Assembly: GCA_003707115.1 (NCBI GenBank) | Contig: PPNB01000004.1 | Span: 434,001 to 498,000 of the forward strand | Source of the DNA: Tortispora ganteri | Taxonomy: Eukaryota | DNA length: 64,000 bases | Direction: 5' to 3' | Shown: positions 34,693-45,129 of the stretch, piece after piece | How positions within the stretch are numbered: position 1 is the first letter of the stretch | How the letters are laid out: each line of letters begins with the position of its first letter | Made by a program: the position numbers and the translations under genes | The notes under the pieces: generated by a model | The model's input: only the letters and a program-made list of their open reading frames with translations | The model's database searches: none | Told to the model about the DNA's origin: nothing

Positions 34693-35559
34693 TTATCTTT
34701 TTCCAAGCAGAACAATGTCTTCGCCGACAGATAGCCACTTCGTGTCTCGCGGGCATAGTTCGGTGATAGATCCTGCACTTGGCCCTTCTAATCCAAGAAA
34801 TTTAGGTGCAATAGTAATGATGAAACTATCCACTAGATCATCGTAGGCCAATAATTGTCGGATGACTGTCGCGCCGCCTTCGACCATGACGCTGGACACG
34901 CCCAAATCGCCAAGAGTGCGAAGGATATCATCCCATGCTAGTATATGGCCATCCTTGGTTTCAGAGGAGGGTAAATATATAACTTCAGCTCCAATTTTTT
35001 CCCAAAATCCTCTGTTCTGCTGATTTTTATCTATAGCATGGCTCCCGGCAATGATCCATGGAGCTTTGCCCTTGTTCGATTTTATGTTCTCCACCAGTTT
35101 GCAAGTGGGATCCGGGTTCCAGCGTAATGTTGGATCTAATATTATAGGCCGAGGGCTAAAACTATGTCTCCCTTTGATACGGCACGATAAGGACGGATTA
35201 TCTGAAATCGCAGTGCCGACTCCAATCAATATTGCATCATGCTGGGATCTGAGGTAGTGTGTCATAGCTTTTGATTCCTGTCCAGAAAGTACAGTTCGAA
35301 CACCCTGGCACGCGGAAATTTTACTATCAATTGATTGTGCATATGTCAAGGTTACAAACGGTTTAGTAAAAGGCGTTAACTCGCCGCGTGGAGTGCCAAC
35401 GCCTAAATGCACTGGTTCTTTGCTAATGTGTCTGTCTGTGATTCGAAGTGAATCGGTAAACTCTGACGATTCGATCGGCAAAACAGTAGACCCCGGCAAA
35501 TAATTCCTTAGAGAATCTCTTATATAATCAGCAGGTAATTCCAATTCTTCGGCTGTCAT
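34693..35559 (-). CDS. RIB7: Riboflavin-pathway pyrimidine nucleotide reductase
   Basis: PFVTLTYAQSIDSKI, MTHYLRSQHDAILIGVGTAISDNP and SVMVEGGATVI. The start is either 35559 or the upstream ATG at 35640. Confidence 0.93.
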   Translation of the reverse strand: MTAEELELPADYIRDSLRNYLPGSTVLPIESSEFTDSLRITDRHISKEPVHLGVGTPRGELTPFTKPFVTLTYAQSIDSKISACQGVRTVLSGQESKAMTHYLRSQHDAILIGVGTAISDNPSLSCRIKGRHSFSPRPIILDPTLRWNPDPTCKLVENIKSNKGKAPWIIAGSHAIDKNQQNRGFWEKIGAEVIYLPSSETKDGHILAWDDILRTLGDLGVSSVMVEGGATVIRQLLAYDDLVDSFIITIAPKFLGLEGPSAGSITELCPRDTKWLSVGEDIVLLGKR

Positions 35560-35789
35560 TGTGCCCTGCAAAGTTAGCCGCCGTAAATGATGTGAGAAAG
35601 TAGAGTTTGTGAAGCTATTGGCTGCAGGGTTAATATGCATGAGTAGGGGCTCTAACTAGAGAAATAAATAGCAAGGAATCAAAAATTATGTCATGTATAC
35701 TTATTTAAGTATTTAAATGCAGCCTGCAATTGTGTAAAAGATCAGGAAATTTTAGGTACTAACCTATGACGTAAAGAAATCCGACCTCC

Positions 35790-37571
35790 TCAAAAAACCC
35801 AGCCAAAAACGTTGTGATATAATTTCTGGAGAAATCTCGGATTGGAATGTTTCGCTTTTTCTGCCTGTTGCGCCAAAAATAGCTCTTCCTCACGATCTAT
35901 ATCTACCTTGATTGAATGCATATCTGCCTCCGCCGGTAGTACTCTTCTGGATTTCATAATGAACTTGTATCCAAAGATCATAATCAAGTATACCGGAATT
36001 CCAAGATAGCTGGTCACAAAGACAGCAGAGTTGAAAGGATGTGTATCTGTGATAAAAAACACCTCTATATTTTTAACGAGTGCAATTAAAATGCACAACC
36101 CCATAGCAATATAAGACGCATACGGCTGGAAAGGTGCTCTGTAGACAAGATCTGTCTTCCTGCTCATCCCATGGGCCTCAACAGCCTTCATAAAACATAT
36201 ATGGGTATACAAAATTGATATCCATGTAAGAATACCAAAGATTGTGATAAGATTAACAAAATATTTAAAAACGGTTGCATTAGAAGATACAACGTTCATG
36301 TACGCCAGGCTGCAGAATAAAGCTGCTACAATAAGGCAATAAACTGGAATACCACGTTTAGTAATGCGCGTGAATATTTTAAGCCCATTTCCGTCTTTTG
36401 CAATACCATATAAAGTCCTTGTAGCAGTATATAAACCTGAGTTGGCAGCTGATAATACAAATATAAGAATTGCACCGTTAATAATGTCAGGCAATATAGG
36501 AATTTCGGCATTAATAATGGCGACAACAAAGGGAGAAGCATTAGCATTAGTACTAGCAGAAGAGGTAGCAAACAAAAGAAGAGGATCATTGTATGGTACA
36601 CACATTCCTATGAGAAGAACTGAAATGACAAAGAAGACCAGGATACGACAGAAAGTGAGCTTAATAGCTCTCGGAATGTTCTTTCGCGGGTTTTCAGCTT
36701 CACCAACAGTTACAGCGACAAGTTCAGTACCGATATAGGCAAATACAACGGTAGCTAAAATCATGAGGAAAGAAAAAAACTGACCACCAGGACCACTAAT
36801 AGTAAGGCCTGCTTGCGAATAATCCTTGAAAGCTCCAGGATTGTGATAATATCTAAAGCCTAGCCGATCATGTGTGCCGGTTCCACCTAGATCAATAACA
36901 ATAAGAAGAATAATGAGACCTATCAATGTAATCACTTTAAGAGTGGAGAGCCAGAATTCAAGTTCACCAAAAATTTTAACCTCAAGATAATTGATAGAGA
37001 TAATAATCATGAAAGAGATTGTGATCCACACACCTGGATTCACAGTTTCTCGTGGAACCCAATATTGCAGAACAAGAGCACTTACTGTGAGCTGATTTGG
37101 TACAGCAATTAGGTACTGAAGCAAGTAAATGTATCCTACAGCAAAACCCATAGCAGGATCAACAAATCTGGTAGAGTAGCCAGCAAAACCTTTAGACGTT
37201 GGTAAGTAAGTGGCCATTTCGCCTAATGCACACATGACAAAATAGACAATGAGACCCACAAACGCAAATGCAATCAGAACAGACCCAGGACCAGCTATAG
37301 TCAACGTTACACCAGTACCTATAATTAGACCTGTTCCAACGGCACCGCCGACCGCGATCATACTGACATGACGAGCGTTTAAGTCACGTTTGAGGCCGTT
37401 TCGATCAGGTTCTTGATCAGGTTCATTTGTATCATAAGTAATAATGCTCAATTCACGGTCTCGTGAGTAGTTTACGCCGTCATATGGTAACGATTCCGTA
37501 GATGCACTATTGGCGGCCTGTAAGCTAGCAGATGAAGACCGGATGAAATCTACTTCTTCTTTCTTTATCAT
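35790..37571 (-). CDS. DIP5: Amino-acid permease (YAT family), Dip5-like
   Basis: LNARHVSMIAVGGAVGTGLIIGTG, VNPGVWITI, FGELEFWLS, GEAENPRKNIPRAIK and 12-TM pattern. Confidence 0.8.
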   Translation of the reverse strand: MIKKEEVDFIRSSSASLQAANSASTESLPYDGVNYSRDRELSIITYDTNEPDQEPDRNGLKRDLNARHVSMIAVGGAVGTGLIIGTGVTLTIAGPGSVLIAFAFVGLIVYFVMCALGEMATYLPTSKGFAGYSTRFVDPAMGFAVGYIYLLQYLIAVPNQLTVSALVLQYWVPRETVNPGVWITISFMIIISINYLEVKIFGELEFWLSTLKVITLIGLIILLIVIDLGGTGTHDRLGFRYYHNPGAFKDYSQAGLTISGPGGQFFSFLMILATVVFAYIGTELVAVTVGEAENPRKNIPRAIKLTFCRILVFFVISVLLIGMCVPYNDPLLLFATSSASTNANASPFVVAIINAEIPILPDIINGAILIFVLSAANSGLYTATRTLYGIAKDGNGLKIFTRITKRGIPVYCLIVAALFCSLAYMNVVSSNATVFKYFVNLITIFGILTWISILYTHICFMKAVEAHGMSRKTDLVYRAPFQPYASYIAMGLCILIALVKNIEVFFITDTHPFNSAVFVTSYLGIPVYLIMIFGYKFIMKSRRVLPAEADMHSIKVDIDREEELFLAQQAEKAKHSNPRFLQKLYHNVFGWVF

Positions 37572-38525
37572 AACTTCCAGAAAAAATCAATCTGTATAAA
37601 ATTGACCATCTGACTGTTATAAATAGGCAAGAAATTTGAATTATGACCGCAATAAGTTTAGCTTGTATTGGTGTGATTTTTAGAACCATTATTCTTACAT
37701 TTTAGTGCGATCTATCGCTTCCTTGCTTCCATTCGCTATACTTACTCACCCGGGACAACAAATTAAGTTTGCGGCGAACTTAAAGTTCAAAAATCACACT
37801 GCTATTGGACCCACTATTCATTATTTTCGGTAATTAAAAAACGCTGTCACTCTACAAATTACTGGCGCCATTAATCTTGATACATGTGGCTGAACAATTC
37901 TTGAGAACGCCTAGAGAAAAACTCAGAAAAACTAGCTCTTTAATGCCTATTAGCTAGATTATTTGAGGTTCTGCCAGCATGACTAGTTAGGCTTAGCCGA
38001 TCTCTGATACCGACCGACATCACGATCAACCAGTTAGAACAACAGACACAGAATGGAAGCATTGTGATCTGACACCGGCTGTATCTCTCAGATATTCCAT
38101 TATTCTGGAAATTTACTAGACCATAACCTAAGGATCGGTCTCAAATACCCTCAATGTATAGTGGTGCTTAGTGGACTTGTCTAGTCTGCGATACCTTCAG
38201 CTGTGAGACTCAATAGGAAAAAAAAAGGTTGTTAAAAGTTTTGATATCTGCCAATCACTTTAAGTTAACAGTGTCCCAACAAGCCTCAAATACGGCTTGG
38301 CATTTTATTGCTCCCACAGCTCAGCCACAAAGGTATTGTCGAAACCCTTTAGAGTGGTTTCTCCTTCGAGGTGCAAGCGAAATCATGTAAACGTATTTCA
38401 ACTGCAAATGAGCTGATGGCAAAAAGTACTCTTTATACTTCTCAACTGAAAGATGTACCGTATAGCTATAAATATGACACTTGTTCTGTTCGCATATCTG
38501 ATGCTTCAAGCATTTGAATTAGGCA

Positions 38526-40682
38526 CTAATTCGATTCCCATAGCTGATTCCAGCTGATTTGACGACGTACTGCATTGGAATATCCCTCATGATACTCAAT
38601 CCAAACTTTACTTTTTACGCTGGTCTTTGAGTAGCCATCACCCTCAAACTCTTTTCCGTCCTCGTAATCGTCTTTGTGAATCCATGATATCAAAGTCTTG
38701 GTTCTCTGTTGTTTATCCATACTGACCTCATGTATAACTTTTCTTTGTTTGGACTTTCTGGCGCCCTCTTCATTGAAGCTGAACCCGCGCTTCACATTAT
38801 TCGATTTAGACATCTGGTATTGAATCGCCACTAAGTTTGGCAGAATTAGCCGACATTTTTGAAATAACTGGAAATTGTGAATGCTTGGCGTGCTCTGAAA
38901 TGCAATACACGGCAATGTCTCATTAAGATCTTCCATCTCTAGCCTATATGGTTCCACCTTAATATCCAGAACATTCAATAATTTCGCAACTCGAGAAACT
39001 GCCTCAACCGTTAGTGGCTGTGCGCATCCCAATAAAGACAGAACCATCGATCCAAGCTCAGTTCGAAGATTTTCGTTTATGAAAAGCGCTGAAACTTTTA
39101 GCGGTAATGCTGCTTTGAACACTTTCTTAGTCGCCTGCACAGTTTGTTTTACCTGATATGCATTATAATCCATGTTAGCTATGTCCTTGAAGAATGGGTG
39201 AGTATTATCCTTATTTTTTTTTTCTTGAGCAACTATTTTCATCATTTCTTGACGCGGTTTTTTCAAGTTGTTTGTGATACTCCCGAATAGCTCGTGCCAC
39301 GCTAGTATTGCATGTGATGTGTAGGGCAACAGATCAAAATTCATGTTAGACCAAATCTGTTTGTTCAATACTTCATAAAAAAATATCCATTCGCCAGCTT
39401 GAATTGTTTTGTTTAATCGATCATCATTATAGTGAGCAAAAGGATATTGGGCAAATAATCCGCCAATGATTTTGTCTGAATCTCCACATGCGCCAATTCT
39501 CCGAACAAGGGCTTGGTTTTCAGTTTCATTGCCTTCGGTGTTGTGTATACCTTTTACGAATAGCGCATCAACTACCTGCGTCGCGGAGGAGTCGATATCT
39601 TTCTGAATAGATGAAGTTCGCTCTTGATTAAATTGCAATGAGTTTAGGCAAGCTCGTATATCTCCTTCGTTGGAATCAATCAAACTCAAAAGCGACTGAA
39701 CGTCGACTTTGATCTTTTCTTGGCGGCATATGTACTGTAGTCTTTTGAGCAAATATCCTGTATTGGCTTTCTTGTATTGGACATGTTCACAATGTGCTTT
39801 CAGTTTTTTCAAGTTATTAGCATAAGGATTATTGCATATCAATATAATAGGTCGTCTAAGCAGATTGTTACCTGCTTTTCCTTTCATCCCTTTCTTTTCA
39901 CTACCAGTGAATCCAGACTTATCGCTAGCTCTTCTATCGGATTCTAGTATATCCAGAAGAGCTTTTATAAAACCACTCTCAGCTGCGCCGTCAATCTCAT
40001 CAATAATTGCGCATACAGGCTTGCCAGACCTACCTATTCGATTGTTTAATAAGGCATGTCGAACAGTTTTATTGGCCGTCTCCGCGTTACGTTCATCACT
40101 AGCATTCACTTCCAAAATTTCGTAACCAGCTTGCTTAGCTGCAACGTGTGCCAGTGTGGTTTTACCTAATCCTGGAGAACCGGAAATGAGCAACATGCGT
40201 CTATTAGGTCGAGCCATTGGGTCATCAGTTTTGGGCCAGTCATCCTTGTAGCTTCTAACAAACTTCTTCTCCTTAGGATAGGCAGTTGGAAGACCAAATA
40301 CGCACGTTCCCCACATTCTTAAGAATCTCATGACATAGCGGTGTGACCGTTCGTCACCTATAAGATCTAAGAACTTCTTGGGTCGGTATTTATCAACCCA
40401 AAGAGTGGTGGAAACTTGGGTCCTTGTACTATCATCATAATTTAAGTCCGCCTCTGAGTTTTGAATAGCGCGTGCTAAGGATTCGTCCTCAATTTCGCGA
40501 ATTAGATCCGAGTTTGCAAGATTGTATCCTACTGGTCTGACTTCATTAAAGCTTCTCTTCTCCCGTCTACGTACTAAGAACGTTTTACCGTCAGAACGCA
40601 CGGCATTTATTCCAAATTTCTCTTTCTTTATACACTCATTATCAAAAAACCCTTCCTCTTCTTGTACAAAAGGGACATCCAT
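38526..40682 (-). CDS. CTF18: Alternative RFC clamp-loader subunit Ctf18
   Basis: LWVDKYRPKKFLDLIG, GSPGLGKTTLAH, EVNASDER, RRPIILICN and C-terminal VWIEYHEGYSNAVRR. ATG at 40682. Confidence 0.95.
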   Translation of the reverse strand: MDVPFVQEEEGFFDNECIKKEKFGINAVRSDGKTFLVRRREKRSFNEVRPVGYNLANSDLIREIEDESLARAIQNSEADLNYDDSTRTQVSTTLWVDKYRPKKFLDLIGDERSHRYVMRFLRMWGTCVFGLPTAYPKEKKFVRSYKDDWPKTDDPMARPNRRMLLISGSPGLGKTTLAHVAAKQAGYEILEVNASDERNAETANKTVRHALLNNRIGRSGKPVCAIIDEIDGAAESGFIKALLDILESDRRASDKSGFTGSEKKGMKGKAGNNLLRRPIILICNNPYANNLKKLKAHCEHVQYKKANTGYLLKRLQYICRQEKIKVDVQSLLSLIDSNEGDIRACLNSLQFNQERTSSIQKDIDSSATQVVDALFVKGIHNTEGNETENQALVRRIGACGDSDKIIGGLFAQYPFAHYNDDRLNKTIQAGEWIFFYEVLNKQIWSNMNFDLLPYTSHAILAWHELFGSITNNLKKPRQEMMKIVAQEKKNKDNTHPFFKDIANMDYNAYQVKQTVQATKKVFKAALPLKVSALFINENLRTELGSMVLSLLGCAQPLTVEAVSRVAKLLNVLDIKVEPYRLEMEDLNETLPCIAFQSTPSIHNFQLFQKCRLILPNLVAIQYQMSKSNNVKRGFSFNEEGARKSKQRKVIHEVSMDKQQRTKTLISWIHKDDYEDGKEFEGDGYSKTSVKSKVWIEYHEGYSNAVRRQISWNQLWESN

Positions 40683-40739
40683 GGCAAATACGCTCCAACC
40701 AGAGGATATAGTATAAGAAAGAAATACACTTTCACATAT

Positions 40740-40787
40740 ACGCGTAAAATATCCCAACTAACTAGCCGACGCGTCACGCAACCGCGT
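40740..40787. promoter_or_regulatory. MCB (ACGCGT) cluster upstream of CTF18
   Basis: ACGCGT at 40740-40745 and 40769-40774, and CCGCGT at 40782-40787. Confidence 0.7.
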
Positions 40788-40806
40788 CTAATAATAAATT
40801 GTAATT

Positions 40807-43107
40807 CTATGACCGAGTAAAAAAATAAACGTAGCCAAATTTTGACATTTCTGATCCTTCATCAGTTTCGACAACTTTCTCGTCATTAAATAGCACCCAG
40901 TTCAGCGGCTTACCCGACTTGTCAACTTTGTTTCTCGCAAATGCGACGTAATGACCTGTATGGATACCAGCACCTTTATGGCAAACGACGCTGTTAAAGC
41001 TGTAGCTAGTAGGTCCAAAATCCTTTGCCGCGGATAAATCAACTGGCTCGATATTCAATTGCACTTCCAGCTCATGGTCATCATCTGCAGCGCCACTAAA
41101 AAGCCATTCAACAGCATTTTGAAGATCATTAGAATTTCGCTTCAAAGCCCGAATCGCTTGATCTCTACCAAATCCCATGGATTCTAAGGATTCAACCAGA
41201 TTCTGTGGAACGTCATCTTTGGGTGCAGATAGCTTAAGCGGTATGTCAACTTCTGGGTCATCCATATGATCTAAGATCCATTGCAGCGCAAGCTCCGCAT
41301 TATTAGCATTCTCATATAAAGCCCGAATGCATCGGTTTGCAGGAAATCCCATAGACTCTAAAGTTGCCATTCCTTCAACATTGGGCTCGAACGTAATATT
41401 ATCATTTGCCACGGTTTCATCAACCACTTCTTTCATCAAAACCTCATCCGGGCTGTGTTCCGAAGCTCTGTAAGATACCAAATCCAACACATCATCATCG
41501 ATAATCAATGGAACATCCACTTTTGTCGGTACCCAATTAATAAGTTGTATTCTATTAGCATTCACCGCAAGCACTTGTGGAAATGTTTTGAAAAATGTCT
41601 GCTTGATGGCTTCTTTGGCTGTGCAATTGCTGCAAGTAAACTCAATCTGTTCCGGATCGCAAAAATTATCAAAGAGTTTCTTCAAATGCACAGGTTTGTA
41701 TTTAGCTGTGCCATCTTCATTCTGCCCATCAGGATTAATTGTTAGCGGAATGGTAAGGCTTTGTTCCTTAGAATAAGAATAGCGGACAGATTGGCAAGTC
41801 ATGCATTTAATCTTTTCTTCTAAAATAAAATCAAAATCATCAACAGGAGTGGCGTCAATTTTGGATATTTTATCAAAAGCATAAGTAAGAAATTCGTACG
41901 CGTCTTGCTGACGCATGCTGCCGAATTCTTCATTCCCCTTGCCTATTAATGTCTTAAACATCATTGGGCGTATACCCGCTTGAAATTTTACGCCGTCTGT
42001 AATGGTTTTATCAGGTTTGGAATACCTTCCTGATAGAAGGCCGTAAGCAATTTTGCGCCACTGAGTTTCCATATCTTCAGCTGGCTTGTCCGATATGGGC
42101 ATAGCATTGTTTTCATGGAAGAATCGCAATTGGAATGGCTTTGAATTAAAAAGGCACTGCAGCACTGAGCTCATATAGCATGAGTTCCCTAGATTTGCTA
42201 ACCCGGTGAGCCCTTTGCCAAATACTGGAGTCATATTTTTGCCGTCTTTAGATTCAAGGCTGAACTGCCAGGACAAGTTTTGCTCTAACTGAAGTTCTGT
42301 CAAGCTTTTTTCGGTTTTGACTCTGTCTGCTATAGATATATTCCAATGAAACAGGTGCTCTTTGATATCTGGATCAATCCGTTCTTCATCGCAAGCATAG
42401 CAGTACACATCAGCCTTGCCGTCTGCCGTGATGCTTCCGAGTTTAACGGCAACGTTATGGCCAGTGGCATCTGAATGTGACAATCCATGACCATTACCTC
42501 CTACTCCTCCCCATTGAGCCCTTCCGCATCCCAAGTTACCGCATTGTAAACAGAGCCACAAATTTTCACTCAGGTCACATTCCGTGCAATGGCCACCCAA
42601 CTTGAAGTTATCATTTGGATCCTGGGAAATACCAAGTATATGTTCGCAAGAAGTCAGCTCGTTTTCCCAGGCTTGAATCTCTTCCTTCTTCGCAGCGGAG
42701 GAAGCATTGATGACATGAGAAATTACATCAACCAGTTTCGGCTCAGAGAGATCAAACGAGACGTTGCAGGCAATACACCGTGGCGAATACACCGTCTTGT
42801 ATCTATCTTGTTCTGTTTCAGCCTTTATCTCAAGTCGTAATTTTTTCACATGCATCGAATCATTAGGCGGCATAATAAAAGACTTCTTGATGTTCAGGAC
42901 TATAGGGTGATTAAACTGGCGGTAATGGAGGGCGGCGTGCTGATGGTTTGGATGGTCTGTAAGACAGAAAGCGTTGAAGCATGTTAGACAGACATTTATA
43001 CCGTCTTCATCATAACATGAATCAAAACATTGCACGCAATCGTCTTTATATATTGACTGAAAGGCCCCTGGAGATTCGTAAACGGAAGATAAATGTTCAC
43101 AGCTCAT
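40807..43107 (-). CDS. UBP14: Ubiquitin-specific protease Ubp14 (USP5/isopeptidase T)
   Basis: Two ZnF-UBP domains, Cys box GLANLGNSCYMSSVLQ, QQDAYEF, two UBA domains and His box HKG...GHYVAF. Confidence 0.95.
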   Translation of the reverse strand: MSCEHLSSVYESPGAFQSIYKDDCVQCFDSCYDEDGINVCLTCFNAFCLTDHPNHQHAALHYRQFNHPIVLNIKKSFIMPPNDSMHVKKLRLEIKAETEQDRYKTVYSPRCIACNVSFDLSEPKLVDVISHVINASSAAKKEEIQAWENELTSCEHILGISQDPNDNFKLGGHCTECDLSENLWLCLQCGNLGCGRAQWGGVGGNGHGLSHSDATGHNVAVKLGSITADGKADVYCYACDEERIDPDIKEHLFHWNISIADRVKTEKSLTELQLEQNLSWQFSLESKDGKNMTPVFGKGLTGLANLGNSCYMSSVLQCLFNSKPFQLRFFHENNAMPISDKPAEDMETQWRKIAYGLLSGRYSKPDKTITDGVKFQAGIRPMMFKTLIGKGNEEFGSMRQQDAYEFLTYAFDKISKIDATPVDDFDFILEEKIKCMTCQSVRYSYSKEQSLTIPLTINPDGQNEDGTAKYKPVHLKKLFDNFCDPEQIEFTCSNCTAKEAIKQTFFKTFPQVLAVNANRIQLINWVPTKVDVPLIIDDDVLDLVSYRASEHSPDEVLMKEVVDETVANDNITFEPNVEGMATLESMGFPANRCIRALYENANNAELALQWILDHMDDPEVDIPLKLSAPKDDVPQNLVESLESMGFGRDQAIRALKRNSNDLQNAVEWLFSGAADDDHELEVQLNIEPVDLSAAKDFGPTSYSFNSVVCHKGAGIHTGHYVAFARNKVDKSGKPLNWVLFNDEKVVETDEGSEMSKFGYVYFFTRS

Positions 43108-43320
43108 TATTTTAATAGCCTGTCGAAAAAGTAAGCTACTCTTGTAAAAAAAACCTTATTACTAGCATCGTGGATTTTTCCGAATACGGAAAACGTTTAG
43201 TACCCCGGATTCTTGTGCAAGAGGAGGAGAAACTTCGATCGACCGAGGCAATACACACGCATACAACTTAAAAGGCTAGTAAATTGAGAGCTACTCAAAT
43301 TCTCTACTGCTCTTACATCG

Positions 43321-44151
43321 ATGACTACTTACGGCACCTTTGAATTTTTTAACGTATCAATTCCTGTGGAATTTGTGGCTGTAGTGGAAACGAATCGCCC
43401 CAAGAAACTGAACGCATTCAACGAAGCAACTCACAATGAATTTTTCAAAATTATATCTGCACTGGACAAAGACCCTAATGTCAGAGTTATCGTTCTGACA
43501 GGAGCTGGTGACAAGGCATTTACTGCGGGACTTGACATCTCCGATGCCGGTTTACTAATAGGAAAGCAAAATGGCGATACCAGCAGACTGGCATATGCAA
43601 AATACAAGCATATTAAGGAATTTCAAGACCACATTAGTGTTCTGCAGGATATAAATAAGCCAGTTATTGCAGTATTTCACGGTATCAGCTATGGACTTGC
43701 GGTAGATATTGGAGCTGCTGCTGATATCAGAATCTGTTCTCAAGACACCCGTTTTGCTATCCGAGAGGTAATGATCGGGCTTGCTGCCGATATTGGTTCG
43801 CTTCAAAGAGTAGGACGCATAGTTGGCAATCACTCTTGGCTCAGTGACTTGGCTTATACTGCCCGTGAGTTCTCAGCAGAAGAGGCAAAAACTAATGGCT
43901 TCGTTTCTGAGATTCACTCAAACAAGCAGGCAGCCCTTGCAGCCGGTGTGAAACTGGCCAGCAATATTGCTGCAAATAGTCCTATAGCTGTACAAGGAAC
44001 TAAACGCATGATGGTTCACGCATTAGATCATACTATAAAGGATGGTCTGGAGTATATTGCCTCATGGAATGCATTCGCTCTTGGCGAAGATCCAGTGGTA
44101 GCGATACAGGCAGTAAGGGCGAAAAAGAAAGCCCGATTTTCGAACCTTTAG
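43321..44151 (+). CDS. Delta(3,5)-Delta(2,4)-dienoyl-CoA isomerase (ECH1-type crotonase), likely peroxisomal
   Basis: NRPKKLNAF, FTAGLD, KPVIAVFHG and IREVMIGLAADIGSLQR; C-terminus KKARFSNL. Confidence 0.88.
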   Translation: MTTYGTFEFFNVSIPVEFVAVVETNRPKKLNAFNEATHNEFFKIISALDKDPNVRVIVLTGAGDKAFTAGLDISDAGLLIGKQNGDTSRLAYAKYKHIKEFQDHISVLQDINKPVIAVFHGISYGLAVDIGAAADIRICSQDTRFAIREVMIGLAADIGSLQRVGRIVGNHSWLSDLAYTAREFSAEEAKTNGFVSEIHSNKQAALAAGVKLASNIAANSPIAVQGTKRMMVHALDHTIKDGLEYIASWNAFALGEDPVVAIQAVRAKKKARFSNL

Positions 44152-44168
44152 GTATATTTTTTTGTTAT

Positions 44169-45071
44169 TTAGTTGGAAGTCTTCTGATGATTTGATTCAT
44201 TTCTCTTTATTTTCGTAGGCATTTCTGTTGGACATGGTTCTTGTTTGACGGCACTTTCTGACTCTCTTTTGATCTTCTTAGGCGAATGCATTGCATAGTA
44301 ATCGTCAGCAACATCAGCATTAAGTTCCTGTTTCACTTCTGGCTCTTTGCTTTTCTTTTTCAAGAAAGCAGTCATTGTTGGTTGTTTGGATACGTAAGGT
44401 CTCAACAAGTCAGGCGAGTTGTAGCTGATCGATCCGACTTTCGGGTTAGTTAATTGCCATTCAATGTTTTCGATAGAAGAATGTAAAATTTTATATACTT
44501 CTTGTCCCCATTCATATTTAGGATCAAGCCATTTTCTAACGGTCAAGTGATCCGAAACGTTTAGAATAACAGGCATGCGATCGTGAACGAAGTCAATCTC
44601 AGGTGCCGCCTTTGTTGTGATAATCACAAATCTTAGATTATTTATTTTTTTGTCAAACATATATAGGCCAGCAAAATAAAGATATTTTGATTTCGCGTGC
44701 AGGTAATAAGGAGTTTTTCTATTCTGTGAATCAGTGGCCCACTCATAGTAGCCTGTAGCAGGTATCAAGCAGCGATTATGCGAACGCAAATTTGCCCATA
44801 GGCCTTTCTTCTCATTAATTTTATCGTCTCTACAGTTTATGACCAACTTTCCATTTGGCCCAACAGGCATACCCCATTTCATTGACTCAACTATTAGCTG
44901 AAAATTATCTGAGTGGTGATTCGCACGTATCACAGGCATATCGAATGTTGGTGCGACATTGTAAGTTTTTCGAGTTTGTCTTAAACTTGCATCCAATGTT
45001 GTTTGATATCCTAATTCGATTGCAAGCTGATCGGCAGCTAGTTGTTCTGCAAATGCGTACCTTCCGCACAT
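44169..45071 (-). CDS. SRAP-domain abasic-site protection protein (HMCES/YedK family)
   Basis: N-terminal MCGRY (catalytic Cys2), YNVAPT, MKWG, INCR, GYYEW and HDRMPVIL. Confidence 0.93.
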   Translation of the reverse strand: MCGRYAFAEQLAADQLAIELGYQTTLDASLRQTRKTYNVAPTFDMPVIRANHHSDNFQLIVESMKWGMPVGPNGKLVINCRDDKINEKKGLWANLRSHNRCLIPATGYYEWATDSQNRKTPYYLHAKSKYLYFAGLYMFDKKINNLRFVIITTKAAPEIDFVHDRMPVILNVSDHLTVRKWLDPKYEWGQEVYKILHSSIENIEWQLTNPKVGSISYNSPDLLRPYVSKQPTMTAFLKKKSKEPEVKQELNADVADDYYAMHSPKKIKRESESAVKQEPCPTEMPTKIKRNESNHQKTSN

Positions 45072-45129
45072 TGGTTATGAATGATACAATATTGTGGGGT
45101 AAAATAGGCTTTACATTTCGATTACCACT

